64,000 nucleotides of DNA, from NCBI RefSeq assembly GCF_006345805.1, contig NC_043016.1, positions 14,756,001-14,820,000 on the forward strand, read 5' to 3'. This DNA comes from Octopus sinensis (taxonomy: Eukaryota). Position numbers and translations under genes: made by a program. The notes under the pieces are model-generated. The model was not told the DNA's origin and searched no databases. It worked only from the letters and a program-made list of their open reading frames with translations. Shown one piece after another: positions 27,501 to 36,500 of this stretch; position 1 is the stretch's first letter; every line of letters begins with the position of its first letter.

Positions 27501-30500
27501 TTTGGGAACCAGACAAAAATTGCTGCAGCTTGGCTGGGATGTGTTACTCCACCCTCCATATTCACCAGATATTGCTCCTTCGGATTCTCCCTTATTCAGG
27601 TCTCCGCAGAATAGTCTTAATGGTAAAAATTTCAATTCCTTGGACGACGTAAAAAGATACCTTGATGAATTCTTTGCCATGAAACCACCTCAATTCTGGG
27701 AAGAGGGTATTTTCAAGTTAAAGGAAAGATGGAGACACATTGTGCAACAAAATGGTTCACATTTGGTTGATTAAAAATGTAATGGCAAGTATTTATTGAC
27801 CTTTTTCTTTCCTTTAAAACTTAGCACAAACTTTCTGAACAACCCAATACAATGGGTTTATCCCATAGAGAATGTCTCCAGTTACTTTTGGGTACCTCCC
27901 CCCTTGTATTTTCCCCATGACCAGACCTGATTCTCAGAGAAGAGTGGAAGCAAATGATGCTCATTTGAAATCATCACATGATGCCAAGACAAACACACAC
28001 ACACACACACAACAGGATTCTTTCAGTTTCTGACTATCAAATCCACTCAAAACTTTGGTCACCCTAGGACTATGTGGAAGATCCTTATCCATGTGGGATT
28101 GAACCCTAAAAAACATGACTGGGAAGGCTGTAGTAATCAAAAGAACTGCCAAGATTCAATGGACAACCATAAGCCAGCACGTTTGTATGTCAGAGAGAGA
28201 GAGAGAGAGAGAGAGAGCAGAAAGAGAGATTGTTTAGCCTCAAATTAATCTTGACAAAGCAGATATGCAATCAAAAGTATTAAAGCTATGCTCATCATTG
28301 CCAGTTTGGAGTATGCACAACTGCATTATTCAGTAGATATTTTTTTCATCAGTACAATATGCTAGGATGGAGAGATTTGGATGTGATGTCTAGTAGGACA
28401 AGCAGACATGAGGATCCCTTGTAGGCTTTTCACTATGTAGGGGGACACACTGAACTATGTATGTGAAAGGAAAGACATTAAAGCATGTGTGAAACAAAGA
28501 GATGTTCCAGTATATGTGGGACAGAGAAACAGAGTGAGGGAGAGAGAGGAAAAAACAGTGAGAGAGGGAGAGGAGAGAAGGTGAGGAGAGAGGGTGAGGA
28601 GAGGGGGGTGAAGAGAGGGGGGTGAAGAGAGAGGGGTGAGGAGAGGGGGGTGAAGAGAGGGGGTGAGGAGAGAGGGTGAGGAGAGAGGGTGAGGAGAGTG
28701 AGAAGAGAGTGAGTGGAGGGAGGGTGAGGAGAGTGAGATCAGTGAGAGGGGAGGGAGGGTGAGGAGAGTGAGATCAGTGAGAGGGGAGGGAGAGAGATAA
28801 GGGGAGAGAGATAAGGAGAGAGAGATGAGGGGAGAGAGATAAGGGGAGAGAGATAAGGGGAGAGAGATAAGGGGAGAGAGATAAGGGAAGAGAGATAAGG
28901 GGAGAGAGATAAGGGGAGAGAGACGGGGGTAGAAGGGGAGGGATGGAGAGAGGAGGATGGAGAGAGACGGAGAGGGAGATAGGGAGAGGGAAACAGACAG
29001 AGCGAAAAAGATGTTCTTGTGTATTTGAGGGAGTGAGAGAGATATCTCAATGTATGTTGGAGAAAGAGTGAGAAAGGGATGTTCTGGTGTGTGTAAGAGA
29101 GCAAGAGAGAGACCCTGGTGTATGTGGGAGAGAGAGATGTGTCCTAGCCTACATGGAGAGGGGAGAGAAGTGATCCAACCTATGTGAGGAAGGGAGTGTA
29201 TGTGGGGGAGAGCAAGGGAGAAAGATGTCCTGGTGTATGCAGGAGAGGAGAGATGCTTGGGCGTATGTGGGAGGGAGATATGCTCAGCTGAGTGAGGGAG
29301 ATATGCCCAGCTGAGTGAGGGAGATATGCCCAGCTGAGTGAGGGAGATATGCCCAGCTGAGTGAGGGAGATATGCCCAGCTGAGTGAGGGAGGGAGATAT
29401 GCCTGGCTGAGTGAGGGAGGGAGATATGCCTGGCTGAGTGAGGGAGGGAGATATGCCTGGCTGGGTGAGCAAGGGAGATATGCTTGGCTGAGTGAGAGAG
29501 AGAGATGCTCGATTTGAGTGCAAGATACAGAGAGAGAGATACTCGGTTTGGGAGCAAGATACAAAGAGAGATGCTTGGTTTGGGTGCAAGGGACAGAGAG
29601 AGAGAGACACTCGGTTTGCGTACAACAGCCGAGTGCAAGAGGCAGGTGCTCAGCCGAATGAGAGAGATATGCTTAGTTAAGACAGAAAGAGATATGCTTG
29701 GCTGAGTGCAAGAGAAAGAGAAGGAAAGAGATGCTCAGTTGAGTGTGTGTGTCAGAGAGAAAGAGATGCTTGGCTAAGTGTGTGAGAGGTGCTCATCTGT
29801 ATATGAGAGAGAGAAAAGTGTCCAATTGTCAGTTGTACTGAGAGATGGATAAATGTGCATTTGTAAATGAGAAAGATGTTCAGCTGTGATATATATGCAC
29901 TTATGCATATACAATTGTGTTAATTTTAGTCAACAAAAATAGGCATGTTTTCATTAGTTATTTTTGAGCCCATCACTGAAAAACAAATGATAAATATCAA
30001 CGACAAACATATGTGGTGATGATTTCCTCAAATTAAAATTCTCCAGAATATATATGAATAAACATGAAATATTGAATCAAATTTCAAATAAAATTGATTT
30101 TTATCAGTTGAAATTTAAAAGAAAAAAAATAACACTAGCAAAATGAATTCCCTGTTCATATGTAACTTAGTTCTGCCCATATGATAGGCTCAAAATAATA
30201 CTAGTTACAATTCTAATTCACTGTTGACTGGTTAAAGGTTGAAATAGATTCAATTTCAAAAGCACTTGATCCAATATCTGTATATAATAAAAACTTTCAG
30301 AAACTACTACATGCAAGATAGCTGATAAAAACGAGAATAATACCAAAATATTGTAAGTTTTGGGAATAGCATCAAAATGTATGTAGACTGTATTTAAGCA
30401 TATGTCACCAGAAAGAAAAAGCAAACTCAGCATAGCTGCAGTTCATGTAAGTGTAAATAAGCAAAGACAGTTCAATGGATTTCATGACATTGTATTTTTT

Positions 30501-33500
30501 ATAGAACGTATCTCACAACCTGAGTAAATGAATGATTAGATTTGTAAGTAGTACTTGAAGATGGCTGAACTCCATCAAACTGAGTTGCTTGAGACACGCT
30601 TCAGTTTCCCTAAAACCCAATGGACCACTCCATGGCAGTTGCAGATCTGATAATGGAAAATTTCTGAGGAGCAACTATGCTAGTTATTCTGTGTAAATGT
30701 TTTTCTAAGGATCAGTTTTACTAAGTTAGGCAGCAACTATGATGCTGCTGTAGTTGTTGAGTAAAAGTAATCCTATTTCTTGAAAATGAGAAATGCTAAC
30801 TTTTCTTTTGTATCCTTATCATAAGAAAGGATAGTATGCAAAGATTCTTTAAATGAAATATAGAAAGTTTTCAAAATTCAGGTGATGGAGCAGATTCATT
30901 TTTGTGTAAATCAACTTTTACAAGAAGTCTAAAAAAAAAAAAAAGTCAAACATAAAAGAGATGAGGAATAAAAAATAGTCGTTTAATTTTTAATTGTTTT
31001 TTTTTTTGCTTTACACCTCAACAATGTCTCATTTTAATATAAATAAAAGAATATGTAAAAAGTGAAAAAGAATCTTATTTTTAATGTAATTTTCATAAGA
31101 TGTTGTCTAAGCAATTTCATTATAATACGAAAATATTCCAAAAATATTTTTGTACTTTAAATGAATCACTTTCTGGAACAAAAGGTAAGTTTACAACAGT
31201 ATACCCAACTGTTTCGATCATAGCATGCTACTTTATCCCACAAAATAATGTTCATGCTAACCTCTGTGGGACATGTAATCGTCACATTTTGTCTACCACT
31301 GATTCCCATAGCCAAAATTATAATACATAGCCACTGGTATTCAACTTACATCAGGATCAACACCTTAAATCTTTAAATTAATTTTAAAACTATAGAATAT
31401 ATGAAATTAGCAAAAAATCAAACATTTTAATGATTTCCAAAAACTTTTTGGTAACATATTGAGACTAATAAGAAAGAATGATACTTAATTGATTTCTATT
31501 AGTCAAAATCACAAAAAACATAATTTAATGTATCAATAAAGCAAAATACATCTTAGTGAAGCAATAAAGGTGAAGTTAATGAAAGCAAGTTTCATATGCT
31601 AAAGAGCCTTTCAATGAAATACTAATTACCTAGTTACACTAAAAATATCCATCTGTCAAGCATAAATTTGGCAGTCAGTATAAAGGTTCTAAAATAAGTG
31701 TTAATTTGTGACATTTATAAAACTTAACCATATATTGATATAATGATTTAAATAGCATTAGTAGTGAATTATGAATCAGTAATTAAATATTTAAATAAAA
31801 TTTTAAGAAGTATATAAAATATTTCCTTCTCAAACCGGAATAAAGTACTCAACATAGCTATATTCTGGAAATGTCAATCAAAATTATATATGATGATTAG
31901 TCTCAGTTCTTGATTAGGCCTATGGTGCATAACTAACAAATCAAATACAGATTTCAGAAATACAGTAATTAGAAGTAGTTGAACATTCAAGTAGAAATAA
32001 CTGGATGTCATAAGGGTAACTGAAAGGCTTTTGAAAAGTCTCATATATTGCAGAACTTTACATCTGAACTAAGTCAATGCTAGTGATTCAATTATTTGTT
32101 TTAATAATTCAGTAAAAGTAAGAATATTATTCAATACTGAATCAGATTTTACATATCAAATAAAAAGTTTAGAAAAACCTTGTCTAATAATATTAATTGT
32201 TAAGTTATATGATAGTGAGTTTATTTTAATTATCAGTTCAAGAATACCTTTTCATTATCATTAGTAAAATTTGCAATAAGCAATAAAATTGCAATAAGTT
32301 GATGCATTTGAATAACTAGAAGATAAAAAAACCCGGTACCATAAAGAAATTCTAGTTCAGAACTAGTCAGGGTATCACACACACTTTATTAAAAAAGACT
32401 GAAACACCTCCCAAGAATGTATTAAGGCTTCATGTCAGTTAAAAGAAAAGTAATCATACAGTTTGGAGCAGAGTCAGAAGCCAAAGCCAAATAGAGTCAA
32501 AAAATATATATGATACCTTACAACAACAGTCCAGTCTCCATTGTCTTCCCTTGAGAGGTAAAAAGGTTTAAAACAGTTAAATACTTGCTTGCATATAATA
32601 TATTCTAATATGCAATTTTGGTGATAAAAGTAAGACAGAAGAGCATATGCTTTTAAAAGAAAGACATTTCAAAGTGCCTTTATTGAAAACAGATTTTTTA
32701 AAAGAGTTTCAGAAGTAAGAGTGATTATTTAAGGTAACTCAAAGATAAAACTGAAATGTCTGTATGCTTCACAAAAGAGACTCGATTCAAGTATTAAAAG
32801 GAATTCAATAAATTCTTAAAATGTTAAAAACGATCTCAAGAAATAACTAATTTAAATACAAAGTAAATAAGGAAATCAATGATGCAGAAGAAGCCCATTT
32901 TAAAATATGCAGTGAAGAATTTTAGAAGTAAAAGAATTTCTTTAAAAGCCAAGAACAGTAAAGGGAGATAGGTAAAGTAAGAACATATGGTCAAGATTGC
33001 AATTAAGGACATTAAAGAAAAGCAGGTGGACTGGAAGGGATACCTGCTGAGATGCTGAAAACATCCAATAAAGTAGGGTATGTATAAGTTACTTGCATAA
33101 TCAATCAGGTGGTATAGAGTAGTGTCATAATTAATGAGTGGTGGTGCAGAACATCAACTGTTAGAAAGGTAAAGGTGATGTTCTGGAAACAAACTCTTAT
33201 TTTGATGGGTGAATATGAAAAAAGCAAATAAACTAATAGGGAAGGTAATTAGCTTAGATGAGATTCAGTTTAAAGTTTGTGTTTGGTGTAAGAGTCCCCA
33301 GTGATGTTCTCTTCCTGGCGAGACAACAACAGGAGTTCTTACACATTAACAAAGCATTATATCAAACACTCAACATCAAGGAGGCCCCTTTAATAGGCTA
33401 CCATGGTCTGTGTTCTCATGAAGGTGAGAGTCGACAAAGATTTCAGCAAGAAATTTCACTTGCAGGTATGTTGTCTGGTAGGATTCAGTTCTCAGTATTT

Positions 33501-36500
33501 TGCTGTTTATTATAGTTCTCTAAGTGGTAAACAGGAAGAGTATCAAGACTAGCTGCCTATGGTAAATCTTGTTTGCTCATAACTAAGTTCTCACAACAGA
33601 ATCTGTAAAAGAGAAATTTCTAATGTAGAAACAAAGCCTAAAAATTAGGAGCATCAATGTAAACCAAAGACAAAAGTTCTGATTAGCAAAAAAGTAAACA
33701 GGACTATGGCCATTAGGGAAGACCTAAAGATGCAAAAGCTGTAAGAATTCTGTGTTGTATACCAAATCTTTAATCTTGTTTCAGTCACTGTGGCTATGTT
33801 AGGATACTTCCTTGAAGGGTTTAGTCAACTTGCCTCCAGTACTTTTTTAAAAAAAAACTTGGTACTACTGTCTTTTAGCCAAACTGCTAAGTTACAGGGA
33901 AGTAAACAAACCAACACCTGTTAAGTGGTGGTTGGGAACAAAAACACTCACATACAGCCATTTCAGTTTCTGTACACCAAATCCACTCACAAGGTTTTGG
34001 TTGGCTCAAGGTGCCACAGAGTGGGACTGAAACTGGAACCATGTAGCTGGGAAGTAAATTTCTTACCACATAGCCATGCCTGCACCTAATGTTAATTATG
34101 GATGCAAAAGTGAGGGTTCAAAGGCAGGCTGACAAAGAATAAAGTCTTTATATGTAACAGATGCACAAGAATAGTTAGCAACTGGAACACCCATGAAATA
34201 CTTGGAAGAAGTTGATAGCTTTCATTACCAAGATGATCTAATTAACAGTGAAGAAGACTATCCAAAAAGAACAAGGCAAGAAATTTAAGGAAGCTAATAC
34301 CTCAGTTGCAATCAAATTTTTTTAAAAATAAAGGTAGAAAGTATGATGTTTGTGTACTAAATGTGAGGTTGTACGATAGCAAACTTTCAACATAAATGTG
34401 GAGGATGTACAAAAACAGGGATGATGTGAGAAAACTGTACTACATATGTGTAATACATGAAAGATATGTACTGAGAGAAAAATGAAATATAAGAGGAATC
34501 AAATGTAGCATGCAAGAGAACAAAATGCACTGGTACAGATATGTGAAGCATATGGAGGATGAGAGTTTGGTGAAGCAGTGCCAAGGGAGTCCTGTGGAAG
34601 GGACTTGTGAAAGAACCAAGAAAGACTCAGGAACAAGTGTAGATACTGGACCTCACAAAAGAGATGAAGAGAGACAACAAATGACAAAGTAGTGTGTTGG
34701 AAAAGACCTATCCAAACAAAGAGATATGAAGTGATGATGTTGGATGAAAGAGATGTGTGGACCTGGCATATAAGATACATTATGAAGAAACTTCAAGAGA
34801 AAAACCAATTCAAGACAAGAAAAATTGTTTAAAAATGATAAAGAGCAAGGGAAGACTATCTTCTATTAACTAAAGCAATTCAGTTTTTCCAATTCCATGC
34901 TTCCTCATCCCTTTCCTGCTGCTCTAAGCAGCAGCATTTATGATGGTGGTGGTGGTGGTGGTGGTGGTAGCTGCTGCTGCAGCAGTCAGTAATAGCAGTG
35001 ATGGTAGCAGCAGCAGCAGCACACTACATTCCCATTCATTTATAATGATCAAACCTACAAGCCAGCTGAAAAGATAGATAACAAGGATGAAGTGACAATC
35101 GTAGAAATCAAAGCTGTTTCGTAGACATTAGTTAAAACGGTACAAATTGCAATTCTTAAGACACAGCATCAGAAACTACTAAAAACATTCAATAATGCAG
35201 AAAAGCTTCTCTTCAGCTGCAGCAATCTCATTAATCCTATCACTGACACAAGAGATAGTCACATGCACAACAAGCTGTACAAGAATACATTATGAGACAA
35301 GCGAAGAGAGCTTAACAAGAAGATATTAGTTATAATACATTCCGTATAAAAAGAAACCTCAGAGATGGAAAATAAAACATTTCTAACAATAAGCAAAGGT
35401 TATACCTATATCACACACATTCATGTACATGCACCTATGTACATACTTATGCACCTACATGTATGCATATATATATTATATATTATATATATATATATAT
35501 ACACACACACATACCTACACATTCACACATACCTACACATACACACATACCTATACACATACAGATGTTTCACATATGCCATCATTTATACATATATATA
35601 CATACACACATATACTCTACTATAAATGTACATCTATACACATGCATATATATAGAGACACATACATTTAGAGATACAGGCATATATACATACCCATATA
35701 TACACACAAGATGCATATCATATATATATATACACACACACACACAATATATATATATATATACACATACACAATATATATATTATATACATACATACAC
35801 ATGCATGTATACATAGGCATGGCTGTGTAGCTCAGAAATCTGCTACCCAACCATGTGGTTTGGGCTCAGTTCCATTGCATAATACCTTAGGCAAGTGCCC
35901 CACACCAATAAAAGCCTTGTGATGTGATTTGTTAGATGAAAACTGAAAGCCTGTAGTGCGTTTATATATATATATGTATGTATATGTGCACTTATGTCTA
36001 GACATTACATGATAGTTGTAAACAGCATCATCATCATCATCATACAAGTGAGGTTGTTCATCTCAAGTCTATGATGAAAAACACATCCATAGGAAAATAT
36101 GCAAACAGGTAAAGATTAGCAACAGGAAGGGCAGCTGGCCATAGAAAATCTGCCTCTCACCAAATTCCATGTGACCCATGCAGGCAGGTAAAATGGATGT
36201 TTTAAGTGATGATATTTATACACCAATATGCACATATATATACACATGTATATTATATATACAAATATGCGTATATATGTAGACGCATACACGCATACAG
36301 ACAAACATATATACACATAAATACATACATACACACATATATGCTAGTACATACATATACATACACATGTTTGTTCAAGGTCAAATTATAGTTTGATATT
36401 ATGAATTTAGCCCTTATTATTAAATATTAACTGTGTGAACATCAATGTTAACGTTTATTGCATCTAATATTATAAACACATTCTCATTAGAACAATTGGA

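Noticed and set aside
28455-29705. 369-aa and neighbouring Leu/Ser/Pro-rich ORFs
   Set aside because: Translations of the purine-rich minisatellite
31344-31351. AT|GTAAGT as exon 1 (also at 12560)
   Set aside because: No promoter-like context; the 12560 copy lies inside intron 4; about the number expected by chance
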